Below are positions 18,736 through 28,255 of a stretch of 45,716 nt of DNA, piece after piece; the first letter of the stretch is position 1; each line of letters opens with the position of its first letter. The stretch is taken from assembly GCA_038231135.1 (NCBI GenBank), contig JBBRLX010000035.1, positions 1-45,716 on the forward strand, in the 5' to 3' direction. The notes beneath the pieces were generated by a model. That model did no database searches, was not told the origin of the DNA, and saw only the letters and a list, made by a program, of their open reading frames with translations. Made by a program: the position numbers and the translations under genes. This DNA comes from Candidatus Eiseniibacteriota bacterium. Lineage in GTDB: Bacteria; Eisenbacteria; RBG-16-71-46.

Positions 18736-21700
18736 CGAACCACGTGGCGCCGCTGCCGACCGACACCCGCAGCGGCACCTTGAGCACGAGGCACCCTTCC
18801 ATCTCGGCCTGGACCCGGTTCGCGACGGCTTCCGCCGCGTCCACCGGCGATTCGATCACCAGTTCGTCATGCACCTGTAGCAGCAATCTAGCCGAGGGTG
18901 CCACCGCCTTCAAGGCGTGGTGGACGCGGATCATCGCGAGCTTCATGAGATCCGCCGCGGAGCCCTGGATGGGGGCGTTGATCGCGACCCGTTCCGCCAG
19001 GCTGCGCTCGCCGCCGCCGCCGCCCGCCAGCGCGGGCAGATACCGGCGACGGCCGAGCAGTGTCTGCACGAACCCGCCGCGGCGCGCGTCGTCGAGCTGG
19101 CGGTCCAGGTACTCGCGCACGCCGGAGAACACCGCGAAATAGTGGCGGATGAACTCCTGCGCGTCGCGCAGCGGGATCTTCATCTGCTGGGACAGGCTGC
19201 GCGCGCCCATGCCGTACATGATGCCGAAGTTCACGATCTTCGCGCGCGACCGCAGCGCGGGATCGAGCTCGCCGGTGATGCCGAAGATCCGCCGCGCGGT
19301 ACTGGCGTGGATGTCCTCCCCGCTCGCGAACGCGTCGATCAGGCTCGTGTCCCCCGACAGATGCGCCATGAGCCGCAGCTCGATCTGGGAATAGTCAGCG
19401 CCGATCAGCACCGCCCCCGGCGGCGCGACGAACGCGCGCCGGATCGCGCGGCCCTGCGGCGTGCGGATCGGGATGTTCTGCAGATTCGGATTACTGGACG
19501 ACAGCCGCCCCGTCGCGGCGCCGGCGGCGTCGTACGTGGTGTGCACGCGGCCGTCGCGCGGATCCACGGCGAGCGGCAGCGCGTCGAGATACGTGGACTT
19601 GAGCTTCGTCAGCGCGCGGTATTCGAGCAGCCGGGCCGGGAACTCGTGCGAGCCGGCGAGTTCCTCGAGCACCGCCTGATCGGTCGAATAGCCGGTGCGC
19701 GTGCGCCGGCCGGGGGCGAGCTTGAGCGTCTGGAACAGCACGCGCGCGAGCTGCTGCCCGCTCTGGAGGTTCACCGGCTCGCCCGCCATCGCGAGCAGCG
19801 CCTGCTCGAGCCCCGCGATCTCGGCGCCCGCGCGATCCGCCAGCTCGCGCAGCGCCGCGGTGTCGACCCGGATGCCGGTCCGCTCCATCTCCAGCAGCAC
19901 CGGGATCAGCGGATGCTCGAGCTGGTCGTAGAGCGGCCCCTGCTGGCGCGACTCGAGCTGCGCCCGTAGCGCGTCCGCCGCCGCCCCCATCGTCGCGACC
20001 GCCGGCTCGAGCGCGCGCGCCACGTCCGCGGGGTTCAGCGCCGCCGGCCCCGGCCGCGCGCGGCCCGCGCGACCCAGGAGCACGTCGTCCAGTCCCGGCA
20101 GCGCGATGCCGAGGAAGTCGCGCGCGATCGCCGCGAGGCCGTGATCGCGATCGGGATCGCACAGGAACGAGCCGATGTGCAGATCGAACTCGAGCCCCGC
20201 GAACGCGAGCCCGGCGGCGGCGAACAGGTGGGCGTCGCGCTTGAGGTCGTGCCCGATCTTGGGGTAGGCGGGATCGCTCAGCAGCGGCGCGAGCCAGCCG
20301 AGCGCCTCCTGCATCGTGAAGTTCGGGCCCGCGTCGTGACCCAGCGGCAGATACGTGGTCGTCCCATCGCGCGCCGCGAGCGCGACGCCGATCAGCCGTG
20401 ACGTCCGCGGTTCGGATCCGGAGCCGAGCGGCAGCACGAGGAGTCCGTGCGCCGCCGCCGCGTGGATCTGCTCGAGGCGTTCCCGCCACTCGGCAAGTCC
20501 GCCCGCCGCCACGGGCCCCGGCGGTGCGGCCCACAGATCGAGCGCGCCCTGCGCCTCGGTCGTGCCCGCCGCGGCGGATCCGGGCGCGGACTCGGGTGGC
20601 GGTTCCGGCCGCGAGCTCGCCCTGCGGTCCGCCGCCGGTTCCGCCGTATCGGCGGGGTCTGCGCCGGCAGCAGGCGTCGCGGTGGCGGGCCGCGGCGCGG
20701 TCCAGGCCGCCCCATCGCCGTTCGCCGGCGCCATGGAAACGCGACCCGTGAGCTTCACGCCCGGGGCCCGGGTCTCGGCCGCGGTGCCGCGCCGCTCGGG
20801 AGAACGGCCCGGCGGCGGCGGCCCCGCGGCCTCGTCGCCGACACCCTCCGCGATCGCGATCTTCTCGAGCCGTGTCAGCTCATAGCGGCGCGCGAGCGCG
20901 AGCAGGTCGTCGCGGCGGATCGGTCCGCGCCGCAGCGCCTCCCACTCGTACGGCAGCTCGCAATCCGCCTGCACGGTGACGAGCTCCTGCGACAGGAACG
21001 CCAGCTCGCGATGCGCGGCGAGCTTCAGGCGCAACGCGGGTCGCGCCACGCGGCCGAGATCGGCGTACAGCGCGTCGAGCGAACCGAACTCGCGAATCAA
21101 CTCCGATGCCGTCTTCGGTCCGACTCCCGGCACCCCGGGAATGTTGTCGCTGGTGTCGCCCATCAGAGCGAGCACGTCGCGGGTCTGTTCGGGCGAAACG
21201 CCCCACTTCTCCATGATCGCCGCGCGATCCACCCACACGTACTCCTCGCCGCGCCCCACCGGGCTCAGCAGCCGCACGCGATCGTTCACCAGCTGGGCGA
21301 GGTCCTTGTCGCTCGTGACCAGCGCCACGTCGAAGCCGTCGCGCGCGCCGCGGCACGCGAGCGTCGCCATGACGTCGTCGGCTTCGAGCCCGGCGACTTC
21401 GAGCACCGGCAGGCCGAGCGAGCGGGCCAGATCCTCGATCGCATCGAGTTGCCCGCGCAGGTCCGGCGGCATCTCCTTGCGGGTGGCCTTGTAGTCCGGG
21501 AACCGGGTGTGGCGCTGCGTCGGACCCGGGCCGTCCCAGGCCAGCGCCCAGTAGTCCGGCTGCTCCTCGCGGCGGATCTTGAGCACGGTGTTCGCGAATC
21601 CGTAGATCGCGTTCGTGGCCTCGCCCCGGCTGTCGCGCAGCGGTTCCCAGCGGAACGGGTTCACCTTGCGGTCCGGCTGGCTCGCCTGCTCCGCGGCGAT

Positions 21701-21790
21701 GTCCCCGGGGGACTTCGTGGTCCGGGTCATCAGCGCGTGGTATGCGCGATAAGCGAGACCCATGGCGTCGAGCACGAACAGGCGGGGCAT
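18725..21790 (-). CDS. polA: DNA polymerase I
   Basis: 5' nuclease (LD…AYRAYHA, YKATR, EADD, SDKD, GDTSDNIPGVPGVGPKTA) and polymerase (TGRLSSSNPNLQNIP, ADYSQIELR, AKIVNFGIMYG, LLQVHDEL). Confidence 0.97.
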   Translation of the reverse strand: MPRLFVLDAMGLAYRAYHALMTRTTKSPGDIAAEQASQPDRKVNPFRWEPLRDSRGEATNAIYGFANTVLKIRREEQPDYWALAWDGPGPTQRHTRFPDYKATRKEMPPDLRGQLDAIEDLARSLGLPVLEVAGLEADDVMATLACRGARDGFDVALVTSDKDLAQLVNDRVRLLSPVGRGEEYVWVDRAAIMEKWGVSPEQTRDVLALMGDTSDNIPGVPGVGPKTASELIREFGSLDALYADLGRVARPALRLKLAAHRELAFLSQELVTVQADCELPYEWEALRRGPIRRDDLLALARRYELTRLEKIAIAEGVGDEAAGPPPPGRSPERRGTAAETRAPGVKLTGRVSMAPANGDGAAWTAPRPATATPAAGADPADTAEPAADRRASSRPEPPPESAPGSAAAGTTEAQGALDLWAAPPGPVAAGGLAEWRERLEQIHAAAAHGLLVLPLGSGSEPRTSRLIGVALAARDGTTTYLPLGHDAGPNFTMQEALGWLAPLLSDPAYPKIGHDLKRDAHLFAAAGLAFAGLEFDLHIGSFLCDPDRDHGLAAIARDFLGIALPGLDDVLLGRAGRARPGPAALNPADVARALEPAVATMGAAADALRAQLESRQQGPLYDQLEHPLIPVLLEMERTGIRVDTAALRELADRAGAEIAGLEQALLAMAGEPVNLQSGQQLARVLFQTLKLAPGRRTRTGYSTDQAVLEELAGSHEFPARLLEYRALTKLKSTYLDALPLAVDPRDGRVHTTYDAAGAATGRLSSSNPNLQNIPIRTPQGRAIRRAFVAPPGAVLIGADYSQIELRLMAHLSGDTSLIDAFASGEDIHASTARRIFGITGELDPALRSRAKIVNFGIMYGMGARSLSQQMKIPLRDAQEFIRHYFAVFSGVREYLDRQLDDARRGGFVQTLLGRRRYLPALAGGGGGERSLAERVAINAPIQGSAADLMKLAMIRVHHALKAVAPSARLLLQVHDELVIESPVDAAEAVANRVQAEMEGCLVLKVPLRVSVGSGATWFDVH

Positions 21791-21920
21791 CGGACCACGG
21801 TATGGCCTGACGGGGAATCGGAGCAACCGCGCGCGGTCCCTGCAGAACAAAACCCGAGCGGCCACCGAACTGCGTGGCCGCAAGGGAAGAAACGGTGCCT
21901 TGACTTAGGGTCGTTCCATA

Positions 21921-24302
21921 TCAGCGCACGACGCTGATCCGTCGCACTTGAACCTTGGCTGCCTGCCGGAGGCGAAGAAAGTACACGCCGATCGGGAGGT
22001 GAAGCCCGCGGCCCATTTCCACCCTGTGAACCCCGCCGCCCAGGGAATCGAGGATGCGTGCGTCCACCACCCTCCCCGAGAGATCCACCAGGTCGAGCTG
22101 CGCCGTGGCCGTCACGGGCAGGGAGAATTCCACGGTGAAGGTCGAGGGCGCGGGGTTGGGCTGAATGCGTGTCAGCTCGAAGCGCGGCGCAACGGCGGCG
22201 GGCAGCACCGGCCGGGACGCCCCGTCCTCCACGCGGTAGGTCGGCTTCGAGCCGGCCCCCCAGGTCAGGAACTGGGTATCGCCGAAGAACATCCGCTGAC
22301 TGTCGCGATAGCCGCCGAAGACCGCCAGCCGGTCCCCGCCGGCATCGTAGACCGCCGTCATCAGGTCACGTTCTCCGGGGCTCAACCCATCCGGACGCAG
22401 TTTGTTCCAGCGCGCATGGGCGCCGAGTCTCAGCTCCCAGACGTCTCCGAGAAATCCCGAGTTCAGATTGAAGCCGCCATAGAGCACCAGCCGCTGCCCC
22501 GCGGAGTCGTACACGGTCGTGTGCAGGTAGCGCGGCGTGGGATTCGGTCCCCCGGTCGCGAGCCGCGACCAGGCCGGGGTGCCGTTCGACAGGTCGAGGG
22601 CGAACGTCTCGTCCCGGGGTCCGGCGGCATTGCCGCCAAACACGACGGCGCGATCGCCCAGCGGGTCGTACGTCATCGACATGCCCCATCGTGGAGACGG
22701 AGGCGTCCCGGCCGCGGCGATCGAGTGCCACTGCAGCGCATTCGGTCCACTCAGTGGCAGCTCCCACAGGTCGGCCAGGCTGGCGAAATTCAACCCGCCG
22801 AACACCAGCATTCGATCGCGCAACGGGTCGTAGATCGCGCCGTGCGACAGCCTGCCGTCCGGACGGACTCCTGTCGTCACGAGTTCGGCCCAGGCCGGGC
22901 CGGGTCCCGTGGTCAGCTGCCAGGTGTCGTTGGCGTACTGCGACAGCGTCTGGTCGTAGCCGCCGAACAGGATCATCCGGTGACGGAGCGGATCCCAGAT
23001 CGAGGTGCTGCCGTGTCGTGGATGAGGCGCCACCGGCGTATGCAACCTCGACCATACCGGGTCACCCGAGAGTGCGAATGCCCAGGTCTGGTCGTCGTCG
23101 AACAACGTGAGCGTCGTCCCCGAAAACACGATCATCTGCCGGTGATCCGGATCGATCGCCGCCGAGTATTCACGCCGCGGTGAAGGCGCGGCGGCATCGG
23201 GCGGGGAGGGGAGCGTGTACTCGGTCCATCCCGTGGGTGCCGAGAAACTCAGGAACGCCGTCTGTTGCAGGTAGCTTCCATCGTATCCGCCAAACGTCGC
23301 CAGGCGGTCGAGGATGGGATCGTAGACCGACTGATGGCCAAAGCGCGCGGTCACGACGGACGTTCCCGGATCGACGAGCTGCCACGCCGGGCTGCCGGTG
23401 AGATTCAGCGCCCAAGCATCCGAGTAGTACACGAACGGCCCGCTGATTCCCCCGCTCGTCCCGCCGAAGATCACCATCCGATTGCGGGCACCGTCGTAGA
23501 CGGGGCTGAATTCCCGGCGCGCGGACGGCGCCGCCGCGGCGGGGATGACGCTCCACGCGGGACTCGATCCCAGGCTCAGCGCCCACGTATCGGAGAGGTA
23601 TGCGCCATTCCAGCCGCCGAAGATCACGAGCCGGTTCGACACCGGGTCGTAGATGCCCTGGGACAGGTCGCGCACCGGAGGTGCCGGACCCGCGGGCGAT
23701 AGCTGCGTCCACGCCGGTGCCGCTCCCAGCGACAGCGCCCAGACGTCGTTGCGGAACGCGAAACCGTCGTAGCCGCCGAACACGATCAGCCGATTCCCCG
23801 CGGCGTCGTAGACCGTCGAGTTGAACGCGCGGGCCGGGGGCGGGGTGCCGGTCGGCGACAGCGGGGTCCACACCGGCGATGCGCCGAGCGACAGGCTCCA
23901 GGCGTCGTTATGGAAATTACCGTCGTAACCGCCGAACACGATGAACCGGTCTCCGGCCACATCGTAGACCGCGCCGGCTCCGTGACGCGGCGCGGGTTTC
24001 ACGCCGGCCGGCTCGAGCTCGATCCAATGACCATGCGGACCGAGCGAAAGCGTCCACGCATCGTTGCGATAGGTGGGCGTGCCCCCGAAGATGATCATCT
24101 GGTTGCGATGCGAGTCGTATGCGGCGCCCATGGACAATCGCGCCGAAGGGATCGAGTCCCCTGGCGGCGCGGGCGGCGGTGCCGGGATCGAGCTCCATGT
24201 GCCATCGCGACCGTTGGAGGCGCCGGCGGACCCGATCGCGACCATCATCGCGAAAGCGAGAACCATGATTGACATCAGATTCGAGAGGGAGCGTGTGCCC
24301 AT
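21921..24302 (-). CDS. Secreted Kelch-repeat protein (12 repeats) with T9SS type A-like C-terminal sorting domain
   Basis: 12 copies of P..R……YD….R..hFGG…DxW; signal peptide; CTD IQPNP….TVEFSLP….LDLVDLSGRVV…L.IGVYFLRL….RISVVR; GGAGG RBS. Confidence 0.9.
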   Translation of the reverse strand: MGTRSLSNLMSIMVLAFAMMVAIGSAGASNGRDGTWSSIPAPPPAPPGDSIPSARLSMGAAYDSHRNQMIIFGGTPTYRNDAWTLSLGPHGHWIELEPAGVKPAPRHGAGAVYDVAGDRFIVFGGYDGNFHNDAWSLSLGASPVWTPLSPTGTPPPARAFNSTVYDAAGNRLIVFGGYDGFAFRNDVWALSLGAAPAWTQLSPAGPAPPVRDLSQGIYDPVSNRLVIFGGWNGAYLSDTWALSLGSSPAWSVIPAAAAPSARREFSPVYDGARNRMVIFGGTSGGISGPFVYYSDAWALNLTGSPAWQLVDPGTSVVTARFGHQSVYDPILDRLATFGGYDGSYLQQTAFLSFSAPTGWTEYTLPSPPDAAAPSPRREYSAAIDPDHRQMIVFSGTTLTLFDDDQTWAFALSGDPVWSRLHTPVAPHPRHGSTSIWDPLRHRMILFGGYDQTLSQYANDTWQLTTGPGPAWAELVTTGVRPDGRLSHGAIYDPLRDRMLVFGGLNFASLADLWELPLSGPNALQWHSIAAAGTPPSPRWGMSMTYDPLGDRAVVFGGNAAGPRDETFALDLSNGTPAWSRLATGGPNPTPRYLHTTVYDSAGQRLVLYGGFNLNSGFLGDVWELRLGAHARWNKLRPDGLSPGERDLMTAVYDAGGDRLAVFGGYRDSQRMFFGDTQFLTWGAGSKPTYRVEDGASRPVLPAAVAPRFELTRIQPNPAPSTFTVEFSLPVTATAQLDLVDLSGRVVDARILDSLGGGVHRVEMGRGLHLPIGVYFLRLRQAAKVQVRRISVVR

Positions 24303-24504
24303 GGAAACCTCCGTTGGTTTCGGGCTGGCGGGCCGGGTGGAGTGTTAAGTCTAGGGCATGACACTCTGTGCGCAACAACGGTGACCAGCGAATTGCGCCC
24401 TATTGAGACATTGAGTCCCAGGCGCCGGGACAATCCGCCGCGGGGTGCTGCTGGGAGCCGTGAGCCCTCGCGGCGGGAATCGCCCGCCCGGACCAGAGAG
24501 TGAC

Positions 24505-25359
24505 CTAGGCCGACGGCGTTTGCGAGGGCGCTGGCGCCGGCGGCTTACGCCACGCCGTGAAGAAGAACTGTGCGAATCGATGGATCGGGGACAGCCGTGA
24601 CAGGCGCTCGTTGATGCGCTGGATCGTGACGAATCCGGGCTTGCCGTGCAGCGCCGCGATGTTCGGGCCGAACAGGAACAGATTGGTGCCGGTCGTGGCG
24701 ACGCGCTCGAGTCCGTGCGGTTCGAACAGGTGTCGCGCCCGGCTGCTCGGCCAGTTGAGATGATCGCGCAGTCCCGGGTCATAGGGCTTGCGTCGAATCG
24801 CGTGCGTGAGCCGGGCCCATGAATACGGAATCGACGTGCGATTCGGCAGCGTGACGACGGCGATCCCGCCGGGCCGCAACGCCGTCGCGATGTTCGCGAT
24901 CACGCGCCCGGGATGTTCGGTGTGCTCGATGACCTCTGTGCACAGCACGAAGTCGAACGCCTCCGCGGCGGGGAGCTCCTCGGCGTTCCCCACCCGAAAC
25001 GTTCGCCGCCGGCCCTCCGTCGCATCCCCGAACGCGCGACGGGCCCGGTCGATGAACTCGGGTTCGATGTCGATCCCCAGCACGTCGCGAAATCCGAAGT
25101 CGGTCAGCATCTTCGAGAAGTAGCCGCCGTTGCACCCGAGATCGAGCGCCCGCTCGAACGACCGGATGTCGCCGCGACGGATCAATCCGCTCACGAAATG
25201 GTGGAACAGATTGAGGCGGCTGCGGTGCAGCACGCGGGTCTCGAGATCGTCGGAGTATCCGTAGAGCTCGTCGAGCGCCGACTGCAGCGGGCCGGGTGCC
25301 GGCTCGACGACCGCCGGTACGTAGGGAGGATCGAGCGCCGCGGCGTGCGTGGGACTCAC
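24505..25359 (-). CDS. Class I SAM-dependent methyltransferase
   Basis: ALDLGCNGG, GIDIE, FDFVLCTEVIEH, LRPGG…VTLPN. GTGA overlap with the upstream gene. Confidence 0.88.
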   Translation of the reverse strand: MSPTHAAALDPPYVPAVVEPAPGPLQSALDELYGYSDDLETRVLHRSRLNLFHHFVSGLIRRGDIRSFERALDLGCNGGYFSKMLTDFGFRDVLGIDIEPEFIDRARRAFGDATEGRRRTFRVGNAEELPAAEAFDFVLCTEVIEHTEHPGRVIANIATALRPGGIAVVTLPNRTSIPYSWARLTHAIRRKPYDPGLRDHLNWPSSRARHLFEPHGLERVATTGTNLFLFGPNIAALHGKPGFVTIQRINERLSRLSPIHRFAQFFFTAWRKPPAPAPSQTPSA

Positions 25360-26084
25360 GGACGCGCCGCCTTGCGCGCGATCAGCAGCTGATTCCTTCG
25401 CCCCCGGTTCCAGCGGTTCGCGAGCACGACCCGGTCGAGTGCCAGCAGCAATCCCGGAAATCGATTGAGAAACCGCCACCACCCGAGTTCATGGTTCAGC
25501 AGGAAGTGGGTCGCTTCCATGTGGACGACCTCGAGTCCCACCGCTCGCAGCAGTTCCCGATGCCGCTCCTCCGGCCGTGTGCGGTTATGCGGGTCCTCGG
25601 CGCCGCGGGGCGCGAACACGTCGGTGTACACCAGGACGCCGCCCGGCGCGACCGCGTTCGCGGCGTTGCGCAGCGCGTACTCCCAGCGCGCGTCGTCGGT
25701 GATGTGGTAGAACACGTCGAACACATTCACCACGTCGAACGCGCCGTCGATCGGAGTCTCGCTGACGTCGGCCAGCACGAACCGCGCCTGCGGGAAGCGC
25801 GCGGCGAGGCCCTCCACCGACGCCGACGTGATGTCGAGCCCGGTCACGCGGGCGCCGTGCTCGAGATAGAACTGGGTGAAGAACCCGGTGCCGCATCCCA
25901 CGTCGAGCACGCTCGCGCCGGTCAGGGTCACGCCCGAAGCACCCAGCGCGCGTTCCAGCACCTCGCGCCGCAGCGTGTAGCACGCCCGATTGTAGGCCAG
26001 CGACAGGCCGGTCTCGCCGGTGCCGCGCAGATCGAACTGCTCGCGCAGCCGCTGTTCCCAGAACTCCCGGGGCTGGTACGTCAC
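25356..26084 (-). CDS. Class I SAM-dependent methyltransferase
   Basis: VLDVGCGTGFF, GLDI, FDVV…DVFYHI, APGG. GTGA overlap with nadD. Confidence 0.88.
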   Translation of the reverse strand: MTYQPREFWEQRLREQFDLRGTGETGLSLAYNRACYTLRREVLERALGASGVTLTGASVLDVGCGTGFFTQFYLEHGARVTGLDITSASVEGLAARFPQARFVLADVSETPIDGAFDVVNVFDVFYHITDDARWEYALRNAANAVAPGGVLVYTDVFAPRGAEDPHNRTRPEERHRELLRAVGLEVVHMEATHFLLNHELGWWRFLNRFPGLLLALDRVVLANRWNRGRRNQLLIARKAARP

Positions 26085-26677
26085 GCGCGGCCCCGCCGGT
26101 AGAGCCGGTGGCGGGCGATGTAGCGCGCCACGGCGTCGGTCACCAGGTAACGCAGCGAACGGCCGCCGCGGGCCCGGCTGCGGATCATGCTCGACGACAC
26201 GTCGAACGACGGGTTGCCGAGCCACTCGGCGGCGCGCGCGAAGCGCCGCGCGGGACCGCGGCGCACCGGGCCCACGCCCGGCCGTCCCGCCACGGCGAGC
26301 GTCGCCTCCGCGGCGATCGCATCCGGATCACGCCAGGTGTGGAACTCGTCGAGACTGTCGGCGCCGAGGATCAGCACCAGCCGCGCTCCGGCATGTCGCG
26401 CCCGCAGCGCGCGCACGGTGTCGATCGTGAACGACGGACCGCGCCGCCGGGTCTCGATCGGGGACACGATGAACGCGGGATTGCCGCGCACCGCGAGCCG
26501 CGTCATGGCGAGTCGGTCCGTCGCGGAGGAGCGCGCGCGGCCGAGCTTGTGGGGCGGAGTCCCCGACGGCACGAACACCACGCGCTCGAGACTGAGTTGT
26601 TCGCGCGCCCACTCGGCGATCATCAGATGCCCGACATGCGGCGGATCGAACGTGCCGCCGAGCACCCCGAGCCGCAT
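26081..26677 (-). CDS. nadD: Nicotinate-nucleotide adenylyltransferase
   Basis: GVLGGTFDPPHVGH, PPHK, SFTIDT, ILGADS, VSSSMIR. Confidence 0.95.
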   Translation of the reverse strand: MRLGVLGGTFDPPHVGHLMIAEWAREQLSLERVVFVPSGTPPHKLGRARSSATDRLAMTRLAVRGNPAFIVSPIETRRRGPSFTIDTVRALRARHAGARLVLILGADSLDEFHTWRDPDAIAAEATLAVAGRPGVGPVRRGPARRFARAAEWLGNPSFDVSSSMIRSRARGGRSLRYLVTDAVARYIARHRLYRRGRA

Positions 26678-27432
26678 CACCGCTCGAGCCGCGCGCGCTC
26701 CTTCGCGGCGCGCACGGCGATCGGCTGGCCGGGGTACTGGGTCTCGAGCTCGCGCAGCCGCGCGATCGCGCTCTGCCGCTTGTGCGTCAGCACGTCCGCC
26801 AGCGCGAGCCCGATCGAGGCCTCCCCCGCCTGCGGCGTCTCGGGGTAGTCGTCGAGCACGCGCTGGAAGTACGCCCGGGCCGGCCTCCCGAGCTTGAGGC
26901 TCAGGTACAGCTCGCCGCTCGCGAGGACCTTGCTCGCGAGCCGGTTGCGGGTGGACTGGATCCGCCGTGCGGCTTCCGGCTGCAGCCAGTGGCCCGGATG
27001 AGTGTCGCGGTAGCTCTCCCACTGTTCGAGCGCCTTGTGCGTGTAATCCTGGTCGAAATCGGGACCGCGCGACTGGCCGAACAGCGCCTCGCCGAGGCGG
27101 AACGACGCCGACGCGCTCGAATCGCTCTCCGGGTAGTCGCGCAGCAGCCGCTCGAATTCGATCTGAGCGGACGGGTAGTCCTTGGTCATCAGATAGCCCT
27201 GGCCGAGCTGGTAGATCGCCTCGTCGACGTCGGCGCTGCCGGCGTTGTTCGCCACGTAGGTCTTGAACAGCTCGATGGCCTGCGTGTAGTCGTGGGCCGC
27301 GTACAGCCGCCGCGCCACCTGGAGCCGCTCGGGCTCCGAATGCACCTGCGGCAGCGTTCCCGCGCCGCACCCCGCGATCACAAACAGCCCGATCCCCACC
27401 ACCAGCCGGAACCCGAATCGCAATTCGATCAC
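26677..27432 (-). CDS. bamD: Outer membrane protein assembly lipoprotein BamD
   Basis: Lipobox IAGC, TPR repeats, SRGPDFDQDYT..A (RDQ-like motif), LASK….GELY, DYPET. Confidence 0.85.
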   Translation of the reverse strand: MIELRFGFRLVVGIGLFVIAGCGAGTLPQVHSEPERLQVARRLYAAHDYTQAIELFKTYVANNAGSADVDEAIYQLGQGYLMTKDYPSAQIEFERLLRDYPESDSSASASFRLGEALFGQSRGPDFDQDYTHKALEQWESYRDTHPGHWLQPEAARRIQSTRNRLASKVLASGELYLSLKLGRPARAYFQRVLDDYPETPQAGEASIGLALADVLTHKRQSAIARLRELETQYPGQPIAVRAAKERARLER

Positions 27433-27436
27433 CTCG

Positions 27437-28255
27437 TCACGGTCGATTCTGGAAGAACAGCGCGACCAGTCCGGCGACGACGCCGATCACGATCACCGGT
27501 TCGAACACCTTGTTGAGGCCGCGCTCCGGCACGGCCGCCTTGAGATCGGAGAACCGGTCGTCCTCGACGAGCGGCAGCTGGGAGCGCGGGAACATGTCGA
27601 TCAGGTTCCAGCTCGCGTCGCCGGTCCACAGCACGCGCGACGTCGCGGGATCCCGCAGCGTCAGGCGGCCCTCGACGAGCGCCTGGCGCTCGACCTTGAT
27701 GCGGCCGGGCAGCCAGCCGCGCAGCCTCAGGTACGTCACGCGCGCGGACGCCAGCTGGTAGTCGAGCACGGCCGGCGACGCGGTGGCCGTGCTCCCGGTG
27801 TGCGAGGCGGCCGCGAGGCTGTCGTCCACCACCGGGGCGCGCCGCACCTGCGTGACCACGCCGCGCTTCGACAACTGCTTCAGCACCGCGTGCTCCACTG
27901 CGAAATTGAGCGGATGCGATTCGGCCGGAGCCAGCACGACCTCCTGGCCCTTCACGAGCGGCACGTCGGCCATCGCGCGCTCGAACGCCTGGTTCGCGAC
28001 GAGGCTCACGAGCTGGAGGTTCGTGGGCGCCATGCGCGGGCCGCGCTCGCGAACCGGCTCGAGCTCGAGCTGACCGACCGACAGCAGCGTGTCCGTCGCG
28101 GGCTTGGGCCCCGCCGCGTAGCGAAACTTCTTCGCCTCGGCCGGCGCCGCGGCCAGGGCCACGAGTGCCAGCAGCGCGAGCCCGCGCGCCAGCCGCCCGC
28201 CGCAGCGGCGCCATCCCGCTCCCGTCCCGTGCGAAGCGGAGTCGTGCCGCCTCAT
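27437..28255 (-). CDS. Hypothetical exported protein with C-terminal membrane anchor
   Basis: Signal peptide (LALLALVALAAAPAEA), C-terminal hydrophobic EPVIVIGVVAGLVALFF, ATGA overlap with rimO. Confidence 0.75.
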   Translation of the reverse strand: MRRHDSASHGTGAGWRRCGGRLARGLALLALVALAAAPAEAKKFRYAAGPKPATDTLLSVGQLELEPVRERGPRMAPTNLQLVSLVANQAFERAMADVPLVKGQEVVLAPAESHPLNFAVEHAVLKQLSKRGVVTQVRRAPVVDDSLAAASHTGSTATASPAVLDYQLASARVTYLRLRGWLPGRIKVERQALVEGRLTLRDPATSRVLWTGDASWNLIDMFPRSQLPLVEDDRFSDLKAAVPERGLNKVFEPVIVIGVVAGLVALFFQNRP

